Shown one piece after another: positions 27,571-41,693 of a stretch of 64,000 nt of DNA. The number at the start of each line of letters is the position of its first letter. Position 1 is the stretch's first letter. A program made the translations under genes and the position numbers. A model generated the notes under the pieces. That model was given only the letters and a program-made list of their open reading frames with translations. It did no database searches and was not told the DNA's origin. This DNA comes from Peribolospora baueri. Lineage: Eukaryota. The stretch is taken from assembly GCA_029717555.1 (NCBI GenBank), contig JAMDHS010000024.1:124001-188000 (forward strand), read 5' to 3'.

Positions 27571-28333
27571 GGAAGAAGATAAAGGAGCGAACAGCATCGT
27601 TTAGCTGGACGCTGTCGTGCGCCTTGTTTCATAGCCCTTCTTCGCAGGACAGGATCGGGTTACAGATGCAACGTGGTCCGCGGACGTCCATTGGCCCTCC
27701 ACACGCCGTGGACTTCCGATCCGACTCCCCCAAGCCCTTCTCTGCCGGCCCAACGAGGATTGGTATCGTCCGGTTGCCATGTCTGGCGTTACCCGTTCTA
27801 CCACCTCCGTTCCTCCTCCGTCATCCCACTCGCTTAGCTTCCGGCCTACCTTGGATGAGCAGTTCCGCTGCGCGCTTGCTCCAATAGTTGGTCTGCGCTT
27901 GTCCCCGTGTGGACAACATTTTCTCTCTCCCCCCAGATATGGTCGCACGTCGTTCGTCGGAGGACAAAGATCAACAAGATGCACCATCAACCTCTTCGGG
28001 CGGGCATTTCCCGTTCCAACACCTCTGCTGTCCTCTGACATCACCTTCGCTGACCACGCGGCCTACCCTCAAGGGGGAACGCCGCCACTGAGCCAGTCCG
28101 CGAGCTTCCTTCTCTGCTCTTTTCGCACTCCAGCTAGGGTCCCCCATGGTCGTCTTTGAGCAGATAAATACAGGTGCAGTTGGGAGGGAAGGTAGGGGAG
28201 ATCCATAACACATCCTCCCAACTGCGCTCCTCCGATTCCTTTCGCCTATCTGTGCATTTCTGTCCTAAGTCACCCCATCTGCTTTCGTTGGCATCTCTTT
28301 CACTCTTCTTCCCACCTCTCCCCTTCTCGCACA

Positions 28334-29778
28334 ATGAAGACCTCACTGGCTTTCTCTCTCTCGGCCTCGGCCGCTCTGCTTGCTGCTCTACCACTCACTC
28401 CCACCGCGGCCGTCGTCGTGCCACGCGGCCAGGGGGCCTCTTCCGCTGGTTCCGCACTTAACGGACTCGCTTCCTCTGTACCGAGTCCTAGATCGACCGG
28501 CGGCGCTCAAGCTCCTTTCCTCGTTATCTACGGAGGTGAGTAAGAGTAAGGGCGCTGTCGACAGAGAACTGCCTCGGCACATGACACAGATGCTCACCTC
28601 ACATGCCCTCGCCTTCTCTTCCAATGTTATAGACAAGACTGGCCAGGGTATGCCTCCATCGGCGTCCGACATCACGGGCTTCAACGTCTACAACCTCGCC
28701 TTTCTTTTGAGCACGGGCCCCGCGGACGAGGCGGAGGCGTTTGCGGAGATGTCCGACAGCGACAGGCAGAAAATGCTGGACAGCTACAACAAGGCCGGCA
28801 TCAAGCTCATGGTGTCCTTGTTTGGCTCGACGGAGAACCCGACCACATCGGGCGCCGATGCGACGCAGCTTGCTCAACAGATGGCGGCGTACGTGAAGAA
28901 GTACAATCTTGCAGGCGTTGACGTCGACTATGAGGTGGGTTCCATCCTTGCGCCCGTGTGCGGATCCGCGTAGCTCTTCCTGATCGTCGTCCAACGCCGC
29001 GAACTATCCGCAGGACTCCCCTGCCTTCGCATCTGGAAAAGCCGAGCCGTGGCTCGCGGAATTTACGAAGGCGCTTCGCCAAGAACTCCCCCAAGGGCAA
29101 TACATCATTTCGCATGCTCGTAAGTTGTGTTTCTCAATGGAACCCATCCTTTTATCTCGGGGTCGTATTTGGGCCCCAGACGTGGGTGTGACTCATCCGC
29201 CGCCTCATCACTCAACCATCTCCACATCACCTTGACAGCCCAAGCGCCATGGTTCATGCCCAACTCGCCTTCGTACCCAGGCGGCGGCTACCTCAAGGTG
29301 GACCAGGAGGTCGGGGACCTGATTGACTTTTACAACGTGAGTCCGTCTCCCTTCGGCTAGAACGAGCGAACTCTAGCATTGGTTGGGTGCCTATGTCTGG
29401 CAATCCGATGGACTCGCCGAACGTCATCCTCACCTTTGTTCTCTTTGCTTGTCGCACCGCACGCAGATCCAATACTACAACCAAGGCTCTGACTACGTCA
29501 ACTGCGACGAGCTGCTCACCAAGTCGGCCTCCTACCCGGGGACGTCCATCTTCGAGATCGCCAAGGCCGGAGTCAAGATGGACAAGCTCGTGATTGGCAA
29601 GCCCGCCGACTCTTCCGAGGCAAGCGCTGGGGGCAACATGGACGCCTCCACCCTTGGGCAGTGCGTCGACCAGGCCGTCGGCAAGGGCTGGAAGGGGGGC
29701 GTGATGGTGTGGCAATATGAGGGCGCGAGCGCAGCGAGCCAGTGGGTCAAGTCCGCTGCCTCCAAGCTGCTCAACTGA
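28334..29778 (+). CDS. Secreted glycoside hydrolase family 18 (chitinase-like) protein; 5 exons
   Basis: Signal peptide, AGIKLMVSLFGS, YNLAGVDVDYE|D catalytic motif, SHA-x-QAPWF, IDFYNIQYYNQG, DKLVIGKP and GGVMVWQY. Confidence 0.9.
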
Positions 29779-30592
29779 AGCGAGGACGTGGTGAGGTGGA
29801 GTGAAGGCTGGCCCCTCACTTGTTTCAGCACTCGAGGAGAGCAAGTCCGCTGGCGGTCACACAAAGCGACGAGCACCCCGCCCGCTCTCAGTCGCACGGC
29901 AGATCTTCAAGTGCCTGCGCATATCCCATCTGTAGCATGCTTTCCGTCATTCCCATCCCAGTGCTCATGATGCCCCAATCACCCGTCCGTATCATTCCTA
30001 GGATCGATTCCGTTATGACCCTTGTCCACGGCCCCGCCCGTACCTCCCCCTTTCCAAGGAAGATGCACATAGAAAAATTTCCGTCGCTTCTTCATCCCGC
30101 ACCCCAGCCCCTCTTAACCCATCCCATCCCGTCACAAGCAAGCCCACCCGTCCTTTGTACGATACTCGCTCGTTAGTCGTCGAGGAAGGTGGATCTGTAG
30201 CCGCGCGCATTCCCCCAGCTTGAGCTTGAGCACCAGACTGTTTCCCAGCGGCCACAGACGTGCAGACAGCTTGCTCTCCAGGTGGACTGGACTGTGAGGT
30301 GGGATATATATGGACGAGGAATGTAGACCGGCCGGGACGTGTGCTCCGTTGATCGGCGGCGGGGGCCCGAAGGCCGAAAGCGTCCCCGCGCCGAAGCGAT
30401 CACGCGACGATCCCGTAACTGCGAAGCCTTGCCGAATCAGCCACCATCTATCTGTCTCCGAACCAGAGCCGGCAGCGACCGACGAAGAAACACTCGAGTG
30501 GTGGCCAGCAGTTCAGCGTTCGACTCTTCCTCGTCTTTTCCAAGCGCCGGTGCAGGTGCCACACTGATTCGTGCCCCATTCCTCTCGCGCGC

Positions 30593-33032
30593 ATGCCGTC
30601 CAACACCAACACTTTCCTAGGCGTGGGCCTTCCTCAGCCGAGGAGCGGGGCGGTGAGTGTGCAGCGAGTCGCTTGTCAGACGGAGAGCACGAAATGTCTA
30701 GGGAACGTGGGGGCTGCTAGACCAGACCATTGCCTTCTCTACGAGCACACGCCTCACCGAAACTCACATGCCGGTCTGTCTCTTCCTTCCGTCCTGTAAC
30801 GGCCAGGACCTCGTTGCCCGAGCGCTGAAAGCACAAGGCGTGGAGGTCGTCTTCGGTATCGTGGGTATTCCCGTTGTTGAGGTAAGTTGTTTAGGCCAGG
30901 CTGGTACTGTGCTGGTTTGACGTCGCTTCATTTGTGGTACTTTAACGGCGTCGACGAATCTCTCTCTAATGCTTCTTCTTCTCCCAACTTTGCGCGTGCG
31001 TTTGTCAACGCTTCCCCAGGTCGCTGCCTCCCTGACATCGCACAAGATCCGCTTTATTGCCTTCCGGAACGAGCAATCGGCATCCTACGCCGCCTCGGCC
31101 TACGGCTACATCACTGGCCGTCCCGGGGTATGCCTCGTCGTGGGCGGCCCGGGTGTCGTGCACGCCATGGCGGGCATGACTAATAGCGAGGTGAATAGAT
31201 GGCCTATGCTCCTCATCGCTGGCGCGAGCGAAACAGACGGTGGGGGGCAGGGGAAGATGAGCGGAAAGGGCGCTTTTCAGGAGATGGACCAGGTGGCGCT
31301 CGTGGGGCCCCACGTCAAGTGAGTGCCAGTGGTTACTCGGTCCAACTGTCAAGCAATTACAACCCATGCGTGTTGTTTCTGATTTTCCTTCTACTGGTCT
31401 CCTACACGCTTGCTCGTCCCTCTTTCAGGTTTGCCGCACGGGCGCCTTCAATAGAGCAGGTTCCAGCTACGATAGCGAAAGCGTATCGTTACGCGTTCCA
31501 CGGCAAGCCGGGGGCTAGTTACTTCGACTTGGTGAGCATCCTTGCCTTGCTTCTGCCCTAACCTCGGAAGGCTAGGAAGACAGACTGAACAAAGACCTGC
31601 GACTGCCCCGGACGGTCATAACTGACGCCCGTCCATATGCTCGTTGTCTCCCCATTTACCCTTCCCCTTCTTGGCATAATAATAGCCCGCCGACCATATC
31701 CAATACGCCCTCTCGCCATCGACCTCTTCCTTGCAGATCGACGCTCTCGACGGCATGCAAGCGGTCCGAGATGCTCCGCGCTCTGTGGCCCATCCCGCCG
31801 AGGTAGCCAAGGCGGTCAAGATGCTCAAGGATGCCAAGCGGCCACTCATCGTGGTCGGAAAGGGGTGAGGATTACTACCAAGACTCATTGGAGCACGCTA
31901 CTCTTCAAAGGGCTAACCATATCAACGCCTTTGCGACCCGTGCTCTTCCCATTCCTTCAGCGCGCAATACGCCCAAGCTGACACCGCCTTGTCCCGTCTA
32001 CTCGAGCTACTCCCCGTCCCTTTCCTCCCGACTCCGATGGGTAAGGGCCTCGTGCCCGACACACACCCGCTCTGCGTCGCTGCCGCGCGTTCACTAGCTC
32101 TATCCAAAGCCGACGTAGTTCTCCTGCTCGGCGCCCGACTCAATTGGATTCTCCATTTCGGCGACGCACCCCGGTGGGGAAGCAGACCGAGGTGGATCAG
32201 GGTGGACAAGGTGGAAGAAGAGGTACATGAGAATCATATTGCGGACGTGGCGCTGGTGGGCGACTTGAGGGAAGTGACCTTGCAGATGGCCGACGAGATC
32301 GAGCGCCACCACCTCCCTCGCGGCAAGGGATGTCTGCCGGAGCCGAACCTCTGGGTAGCAGAGCTGCGCGACAAAGTCCGCTCCGCGTCGGCTTCCCTTC
32401 GAAAGCTCGCTCAGCCTCCTCCCGCCCCGCGGCCGCTCACTTACCACTCTGCCCTCTTCGCCCTCAAGGCGCTCCTGCCCGCCGACCACGTGCTAGTGAG
32501 CGAGGGCGCGAACACGATGGACATCGCGCGCTCCATCCTCGACGTCCACCGCCCTCGGTCGCGCCTCGACGCGGCCACTTTTGCGACCATGGGCGTCGGC
32601 ATGGGTTTTGCCATCGCCGCCGCCATCGCCTATCCGTCGCGTAAGGTCGTCATGGTGGAGGGCGATTCTGCCTTTGGCTTCTCCGCGCCTGAGCTGGAGA
32701 CGGCAGCGCGCAACAAGCTCGGCCTACTCATCGTCGTGCTCAACAACGGAGGCGTCTACCACGGGCTCGACGCGGCCGAGTACGCCAACACGCCTCCGGA
32801 GCAGCTGCCCGCCACGGCGTTAATGCCGGAGGTGCGCTACGACCAGATGTGCGAAGCTTGCGGGGGGAGAGGCTTCCTTGTTCGCACCGTCGATGCGCTG
32901 AACGAGGCCATGAGGCAGGGACTGAGGGAAAACGAGAAGCCGACGGTCATCAACGTGCTCATCGAGCCCGGAGGAAAGAAGAAGCTTGAGTTTGGGTGGC
33001 AGAATAAAGAGAAAAAGGTTGCGAAGCTGTGA
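30593..33032 (+). CDS. HACL1: TPP-dependent 2-hydroxyacyl-CoA lyase / oxalyl-CoA decarboxylase-like enzyme, peroxisomal (C-terminal AKL)
   Basis: Contains [64 protein letters not shown] and the TPP motif EGDSAFGFS...NNGG. Ends in AKL. An alternative start at 30768 is possible. Confidence 0.9.
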
Positions 33033-33616
33033 AGGAGAGCAGGGGCAGTGCATTTCTTCTGGAAGTATCTATGTGGTGTTTAGTGGGAAAGGGCTCGCCT
33101 GCTTCGTATTTCGTTTTCTCACGCAAACTGACGCGGCTCTAGGAATCCTCGATGGCTGCGTTCGTATGTATGTGCTCATGCAACCCCTTCGGCCGTAGCC
33201 GAGGTTTTTTTCTTTATGTTGTCTTCGTACTCTTTCCCTTTCCCCAACGGAAACAATGTCCGGGTAAGAACTCGACTGTACTCCAGCGTCCATAGCTCGC
33301 CATGATGTCTGTGCTCAAGACCGCTGTGATCACTCTCTCGCCTGTCCATTCTTACCTGGCTAGCTCACATATTTATATCTAGCTTTTCATCCGATGGTCC
33401 TGGTTGTGTTTACAAGTAAGTATACACTACGTTGTGCCGAAAGTCTACGAACATCTACTACGATACACTATATACACTTTACAGTCCTGTCTGCTTTCAC
33501 GTGATGGAAACCGCAGGCGGTCTCCGGATCTTGAGTAGAAGGTCAATAAATAACGAAATGGCCGATGTCGTCGTCACCGGTGCCTTCCCTTCAAATCCCG
33601 CGACAGGTCGCTCCTG

Positions 33617-36600
33617 CTAGTCATTATACCGGACCATGCCGCGACTAACGCTTGAAGCGGACGATGCAGGTTCGGTCCCTGATCCTCCAGTACTGGTCCC
33701 GTTTCTGGCGGCTGCAGCCTCGACGCTCGAAGAGCTGTCGTTGCTCGGCGACTCTCGTCTGCCGAGCGGATCGTCCGACGGGATGGGCACGGGCACGGGT
33801 AAGACGTGCTCGTGTCGCACCTCCTTCTGGCTAAACGCTTCGTCCTCTTCCAGAGGTACGTCCGGTTTGCATCGTTTGGTGAAGTACGACTTGAACGTGT
33901 CCAGCGTCGGGGGCAAAGGCAGATGGTGAGTGAGCTTTCGGCGGGGTTGGACGGTGAGAGCATGGCGAGCGTCCAGGGAGAGGTCGATCAGGTCGCTTGC
34001 ATGCGCGCCTTCGCTGAGCGAGAGCAACAGCGAGAGCTCTTTGCCCACTCCTGGTCCACCTTGACGCTCGTATAGCTCGAATCTGTGATGGCCACCCAGA
34101 TAAAAAGATGAGCAAACGAGACACAACTCGAGGGGTGGATAGAATTGGCTTGACATACGTGATGTGCGCGCAGTAGTCCAGCTCGACGTGAGGCTTAGCC
34201 ATTGGCAAAGTCTCGGTGAGGAGGTTAAGTAGAGTGTGGATGTGGCTTTCCTTTGTGAAGTAAAGCGCGCAAGAACCTTGTTCGCCGTCTCGCATCTCCT
34301 CCAAGTCTCCCACGATCTTTCGGAGCAGCGGCAGCGAGGTCAGCAAACCGATCTCCAACTTCTCCTCGTGGCTGATGCCGTATTCTGCCACGCAGACATA
34401 GCTGAACAGAAGGCGAGAGAGGCCGAACAAGCGGTGCAATCGGGAGACGCCTGGCGCGGTCTTTTCAGAAGGGTCGTGGAAGACGGCCTCGACGAAGGTG
34501 CGGTTGTGAAGCGCGTCGTACTTGAGGGTGTCGTATAGCTCGGAGGACTGTACAGGACAAGACAGACGCGTAGACGCGCGATCAGCCACCTACGGCAAAT
34601 TCCTTCTCGTCTAGATGTTCGCAGGAACAGACAGCAACGTACCCTGGACGGATCATATGGCTCGGAAGAAAAGTCGTCGAAGATCTTGGTCCACCGCTCC
34701 TTGAACAGAGCGGGCGTCTCTTTACAGCACCTGTAAAGCACATGCGTCGTCGTGTCGTTCAGTGGAACTGTGGACAGAGCGGGCGAGTTAGCCGCCAGAG
34801 ACATACCATCGCGACTGAATCGATTGGACATCTAGCCGCTCAAAATTGTCCTCCATGACCCGGCGCAGCGTCGTCATGAGCTCCACAATCTCCTGAGCCA
34901 CTGCCACCGGTGGCGAATAGTCGGATGGCCACCCCTCAGGGATGAGGTTCGCCGCGCCTGGCTTAAGCGACTTTTTAAGCTTCTTCTTGACGGTGTCCAT
35001 CTCCTCTTTCGCCGCGTTCGAATCGTCCAGCAAGTCCTTTCGCACGATTAACGACGGAGGCTTTCTCGAGGGAGAGTTACGCCAGTTGAGGAACGCTGAC
35101 GCAAAGATCTCTGCGCTCGCTGTTACGCGCCGTTCACTGGAGGAGTAAATCTGGGAGAAATTGATGGAGGCTAAATGAGAATGGAGGTGAAAGCGGGCTA
35201 AAGCCGGCTCATGGGAGACTCACTCGAACGTTCTTCAAGCACTCTTCGTTCATGATACGGATGTCGCGTCGCATGGTCTCGGCCAATTCCCGGCTCTGGT
35301 GTCGGGCGGCGTGCGAAAACTAAACCGTGAAACAAGAACGACAAGCTGATGAGCGCAAGGGACATCGGGGAGTGCACCATGTCCACTCGATCTGAGACTG
35401 ACCTCTCCACCCCACTTTATCACCAACTGCATCTTCTCCAGCTCATCCGTCGTCTTGCTGAACGTAGGTTTGAGCTGCGCCTTGGTGCCCGGGAGCGACT
35501 TCTTCTTCTCTAGAACCGTGATGAGGGTCTTTAACTTTTTTGCGTCCGCACCCGACAACTCGAGCGCCTTTCGTCCCGCGTCAATAACCATCTCGAGATT
35601 ATTGCGGACGATTACTTCTTCGCGGTGGCCGCGCAAGAGGTCGATGAGTGGAGCGGCCCAAAGCTCTGATACTTTGAAAGAACACTTGAGCTTCTGCTTG
35701 GGCGTTCGGTCCGCGTGGCGGAAAACTGACGGAAAAGGGCTGAAGTCAGAAAGATCCGATCATGCAGTTGATAACAACGGCCGGTACTCACCCGTAACGT
35801 GTCCCTTGAGGGTCCAGCTGGACTTCTCATTCTCTCGAGGCGAAGAGCCGCCGCTTATGCTGGGCGTACGAGGCGGCGCGATCGAATTACAGAATTTGGT
35901 CAGGATCTCAGCAGCCTTATCTACAAAGAAAAAAGACCAAATTCAGAATCGTCAACAGCTACTCCAAGGAAGCAAACGCGGCCGCCCAGAAGTCCACGCA
36001 GGTGGAAGGAACGGGAAAATCACCATAGTACTGGTCATTGCCCTTCACAAAAGACCAACCGTTCACGTCGATCACGTAGCTCTTGTTTCCGACGCGAAGC
36101 AGGTCAAAGCCGCAAACGTTCTGTTTGAAGGCCTTGCTGATGGCGCTTGCCGTGCGCTCCTCCTCAGGGGTGAGTTTGGTGATGTAGCGGATCTCCTTGC
36201 CATCAGGATTGCGTTTCACGTGACCGTCAACGACAGGAGATTTGCGCGTCTCTGCGTGAACATAAGACGGACCAATGGTGTACACCTTGATGTCCTCTGC
36301 ATTATCCACGTCCATAAATTGCTCGTAGATGAAAGAACCTTGAGTACGAGGATAGGTGAGGTTGGGATCGAAGGAAGACGACTTGTTGCCAACCTGGAAG
36401 GACGGATGAGTAGCACAGCCGGCCGTCAGCCACTGAGAAATTGGAGTGGACAGAAATCTACTCGCCTTTCGAAATAGCCGCCTGCCACCTCCACCGCGGG
36501 CCTTTGGGAAGTAGATATGAATATTGTGGTCCTCCCCGCTCACTGGCTTCTCGACGAAAGGCTTTTCCAACCTCTTTCCGTTGACGATGATCGCATCCTC

Positions 36601-37229
36601 CCCGTCCATCTTGACCTCCGTCTCCTTCCTGGGTTCGTCAAGCCGAACCCCAAGTCGCTTCCGCAAGTCCTCCGCGACCGCCGGATCCACTGAGGGGCCG
36701 CCGTCGCGATCAACCTCGATACGTTTGGGAGTTGGTACGTTGATAGCGTCAAGAATGGCGAGGACGAGGCGTCGGTCCCAGAGAACCTTTTGCATAGGCA
36801 GATCGTTGATGCATATCGGCTTTTGCAAGTCCATGTACGCGATGGCTTTGTCGAGGGGGAAGCCGGTGGAGAAGAAGGAGATGAGGAAGTCGCAGGTCGG
36901 CCAAGAGTCGACATCTGGTGTGTTTAGGGACGAATAGGGTCAGACGACGAGCGAGGGTGGCAAGAGCCAGATGCTACTGTGCACGGACAGTGTCGGCTCA
37001 CCTTCATCAAGGATGACTTTGTCACCGAAGATGGTCACGTCGAACTTGCCCGTAGAGATGAGCCGATTGAGGATGTTTTGCATGGGCTTGGACCGAGCCT
37101 AAGAGAGGAAAGGCATTTGAGTGGAGATGCCAATAAGCATGCGTGTGCGTCGCTCAAAAAACGCACCTTGCGGTCCATAGCAGCGACGCCCAGCTGGATG
37201 CGCTCGCTGCTGGAAGGGGGTGTCGCCAT
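33617..37229 (-). CDS. VIP1: Inositol hexakisphosphate / PP-IP5 kinase with histidine-acid-phosphatase-like domain; multi-exon
   Basis: Contains [80 protein letters not shown] and [14 protein letters not shown]. Confidence 0.95.
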
Positions 37230-37828
37230 GGCATGCTCGTGTGCAAGGTGTCACGAAGCGTAGTTGATCGAAGTTAGTCGGGATTGATATTCTGCAAGTC
37301 GCACGTTGTTGCATATATGCTGCGGCTGAAAGAAAAGACAAATGGGCGGCCTCCTCTCGCCTCAAAGACTTTAAGCGGACTAATCAAATCAACCAAATCA
37401 AATCAACCCTCTCGCCACTGGCGCCGTGATACGTTCAGCACTACCATCGCTGTTTTCACTCGTTGTGCTCTCGCGCCGGTTGGCATCGCCCGTGCTCGCT
37501 TTCTACCGGCTTTCTCCTCACGAGCTTACCTCCCGCGAGTCCCTCGCTCAGCCAGCCCCACCCGCACCTTCCGACGCACCTTCCACTGGCCTCCGCTCAC
37601 CTCAGCGGCACCTCTTCACGCATGTTCGCCCTTGCTTCGACTCCTCTTACCGTCATTGCCGTCGTCCACGCTCGCAGCGCTGCCTTTGTCGCCTTCGCGC
37701 GGCCCGCTTCCTTCGCTCAATAACACAAGCTTCTTCTCTGGCGAGACACAAGCGTTCTTTGCCTCACTCCGCTCCCCTCGTCCACTCGCCTCGTCCGCCA
37801 AATATCCTTGACGCAGCTGCGAGGCGAG

Positions 37829-40800
37829 ATGGTCAGCGAGGTACAAGATGTGCACACCGACGTGAGCAAGATCAGCATTGCGTACAGCGTGCTTGGCTTT
37901 TTCGTCGTCGGGTGAGTGCTGCTCTCGCCTTTTGAACTAAATTGACACTTTAATTCTCGGTGGTAAGCCATCTGCAGGACCGAGCTAAAAACATTATTTT
38001 GCTTATGCTGGCCTCGGTCTCCAGCTTCGGGCTAGTGTCTTACACTGCCAAGGAGCGCATATATCTCTCTGATCCTTGTAAGTCATAGCCTCAGCAGCTT
38101 CAGGACCTTTCAGCTTCAGATTTACCAAAAGTCTGCTTTTCCCTTCTCCGTATGCGCTCTTTCAAGTGCTCGCGACCCTGATAGGAATCATAACGGGTCC
38201 CAGGGTTCTCAATTGGATTGACCCTTTCAGCTGGTCCGACAACCCCGACACCGTGAATGAGGTTACATATCAGCTCACTCGCTTCGTCATCGGCGTCCAA
38301 GTCCTCTTTTGTGGCATTAGCTTGCCGAAGTGAGTCGCAAGCTTTCTGCGTTGACTTTTGTCGCAGGTTGGTCCTTCTCTTCAGTCACTAATCATGCCTG
38401 CTCCGCTTTGCGTCTGCTTTCATGGCTGTCCACCTGCATTGACACTTCGACGATCTATAGAGCATACCTATGGAAGTCAAGGTGAATAACTTTTGTTCGT
38501 CTTCGCTCGTCATCCAGATGTTTTTCAACAGCTGCGGAGTTACCGCTCATCTCGTTCGTTCCATTTCGTCCGTTTTCAGAGGGTCGCTTTCTATTCTTTT
38601 GGGGGCGATTATGACAGCGGCATGGTTCAGCACCGCTTTCCTTGTTTGGGCCTTCATCCCCGGCCTCTCCTTCCTTGAGAGCCTCTGCCTCGCCGCTGCA
38701 GTCACGCCAACAGACCCGGTCTTAGCCAACTCGATTACCAAGGGCCGCTTCGCTGAGAAACATGTTCCTCCAAACGTTCGAAACATCATGTGAGTGGGAC
38801 GGGCTGGGACGAGTCAATGTTGTTATTAGGCCGAGTCGGACTAACCTCCTTTCTGGTTGGCTATGCGACTATCGTACCACCACTCACAACAGCGTCGGAG
38901 AAGCGGGCGCGAACGACGGCCTAGGCTTCCCGTTTTTCTACCTCGCCCTCTACTTGCTTACACGTACGAAGGGGCCTGACGTAGGCGAAAGCATCGGCAA
39001 TGCGATTTGGCATTGGTGAGCTTTACAGTTTCTTTACGAACGTTTCTGCTCATTTTATTATGCTCACGTACGTCCTCTTCCACCAGGATCTACTCTGTCC
39101 TCATTTTCCAAATCCTCCTCGCCGTGGCCTACGGTGCGTTGGTGGGCTATATAGCGCGCAAGACGCTCCGATGGGCGGAAACGAAGAACACGATCGACAA
39201 GGAGAGCTTCTTTGCCTTCGGCCTTGGCCTCGCCATCTTCGTCCTCGGTACTACGGGCATGTTCGGCTCCGACGATATCCTCGCCTGCTTCATCGCTGGC
39301 AATAGCTTCACTTGGGACGATTGGTTCAGGGTGCGCACGGAGGACACCGAGTTCCAGGACATCATCGATAATCTCTTAAACGCGGTGAGTGAAAGCTCCC
39401 TTGTCGGGCAAAATGTTGTGCAGCGATGAAAAGGAGCGCGGCTGATATAGATGAGTTCTTGGTCATTCCTGCAGGCCGTATTTATATACATCGGCGCAAT
39501 CATCCCTTGGGAATCTTATTCAGACGCGTCTCTGCCCCTGTCACCGTGGCGCGTGGTCGTGTTGGGTATTCTAGGTAAGTATTTATGGCTCGTCCCTTAT
39601 ATAGCGACGCGTTCGTCCACTGCTCTGACTTTTATTTTGCTTTCATTGCCCTCCAGTCCTCCTTGTGCGCCGCCCTCCCTGGATCATCGCTTTGCGTTGG
39701 TTCATCCCCGCCCTGACCACGCTCTGGGAGGCCACTTTTGCCGGCTTCTTCGGTCCCATCGGTGTCGGCGCCGTCTTTTATGTGCAGGTCGCGCTGCGTG
39801 AGCTGCCCACGGATGGAAGCAGAGACCACTTGAGGCAGGTTTACGCCCCTGTGGTGTACTTCTTGGCGTTTTGCAGCATATGTGTGCACGGCATTACAAT
39901 GTGAGTGGCTGAGGCTACCGGAAGGTTTTAGACCTGCATAGAAAGGAGCAGTCGCTGACGACGACGACGCGCTTCCAGTCCCATAGCGAAGCACTCACCC
40001 AAAATCGCCCGGACCACAACCCTCACATTCACCCAGACGCTTACCCGAGCTTCTATGTCCCGCTCCAACACCGTCGTCTCCCACCAAGCATCGCGATCTG
40101 AACGCGTTGATGGTGACCATGCACCCGGCGCCCCTCCGCCTAAGCCTGCGTCTTCAATGGAGAAGCTTCTACACGCCCTGCGTCTGAAGAAGACCACGTC
40201 TGGCCCTGTCACTGCTGCCATGGTGGGCGAGCCGACGGGCGGGCGAGAGTGGTCGGGACAAGTGCCTGTGATCGAGCAGGGCGGTAGCGCGGTGGAAGGC
40301 GAGGGAGAGGAGGGGAAGAGAGTGCGTCCGAGCAGGCTTCCGCCGAAGGACGAGCTGCCGACCTCGAATTCAACTTCGTCCATAACGTCCCGCGCCAGCA
40401 CCCCTCCTTGCGGCTCTCCTCTGCACAGCCCCTTGATCGACGGTGCTGCCGATCCAACCGCGTCCGAATGGTCGTCTTGCGCAGCGCCTTATGAGCAGGA
40501 CGGCCCCATTTCCGAACGCGACTATGCGGTTGAGGAAAGCAAGCCGCGAACCCCAGATGCCGCCGACAGGCGCAAGGTAGACATGCGCGACAAGCAGGGC
40601 CAGCTAGCAAACGTGACAGCCGCCGGTGAGGGCACGTTGTCGACGCGTACGCCGCCTCGGTCTCCGCTCGCTGGCTTGCAAAACCTCACCCCTGCACGCC
40701 TGACCCATCACCATCACCATAGGGATGGGTCGGGGGTATCCGCCATGCACTTGACATCCATGGGCGGTTCAGAGTCGCCTCGCCCCAGTTCCGTGAGGTT

Positions 40801-40951
40801 TGCGCCTGAGGAGATGCTCCGGGGGACGATTGCGAGGCTGAGAGGGGAGAATGGGGAAGGCGCTGGTGACGGCTCGGGCGAACGCTCGCATGACTCGAAT
40901 TCGGGCGGCCAGCCTTTGACTGAGGACGACGTCTTCAGGAGTCGGGATTGA
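37829..40951 (+). CDS. NHA1: Na+(K+)/H+ antiporter, CPA1 NHA1/Sod2 family; many exons, disordered C-tail
   Basis: Contains KERIYLSDP, TPTDPVLANSI.KGRFAEKHVP, GEAGANDGLGFPF, GSDDILACFIAGNSFTWDDWF, GFFGPIGVGAVFY and SICVHGIT. Confidence 0.92.
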
Positions 40952-41693
40952 TGACCGATTTTCCGATTGGCTCGATAGCCGGGACGGGTTAGACAAACAG
41001 CAAGTGAACGAGACTGGGGTTCGTTGGTCAGTCAAGCCAAGTCCGTCTCTAGACGGTTTACCCTTTCAGATCTTTTGTTGCGCCCGCTGTCAAATGTGAC
41101 CGCCAATATCTGCGATGGAGACGCCCGCCTTGGTGTCGTTCTTGAGACTGCCCGGTTTCATCCGGACTTCGCGCCCTCGCGTAGGTCAGGTCGGTAGGGC
41201 AGTCGTCCGTTTACAAGTGTCGACTTTTGTAGGGCACATCTTCATGCACATAAAAGATAACGTAGTTACGACACGTTTTGCTGCGGTAAGGGTAGATCGG
41301 CATGCTGAGCTCAGCTGGCCACATGACATTGTCGGTTGCCGCGGCCGCCGATCAATCGATATAGGGCCGCTCGTACCGCTCAGATGACCTCCCTGGCGGA
41401 GAGGTCGGACGGGTCAGTGGCGACTTTGAAAGGTGGAAGCGGCCGAGCCGACTTATATGTGCCATCAAGCCTCCTCTCCGTGGCCGCGGTGAGCCCACGG
41501 CCTTCTTCCTGCCCCCAACAGGATCCGTAAGACTGACCGACGTGGCCACCAAGGTGGCACTGAGGCACTCCACAAGCACCCGTCCCATTCTGCTCATCGT
41601 CCTCTTCCTCTTCTCGACCCTGCTCCAACCGACCCTCTTCGCCGTCTCACCGCCCCGTGTACCGCTACTCCAGCAACACCCTCTTGCCCGACG

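Noticed and set aside
30593..33032. TPP enzyme as acetolactate synthase completing an ILV cluster
   Set aside because: Motifs ([24 protein letters not shown]) and C-terminal AKL indicate the peroxisomal HACL1/OXC subfamily, not mitochondrial Ilv2.
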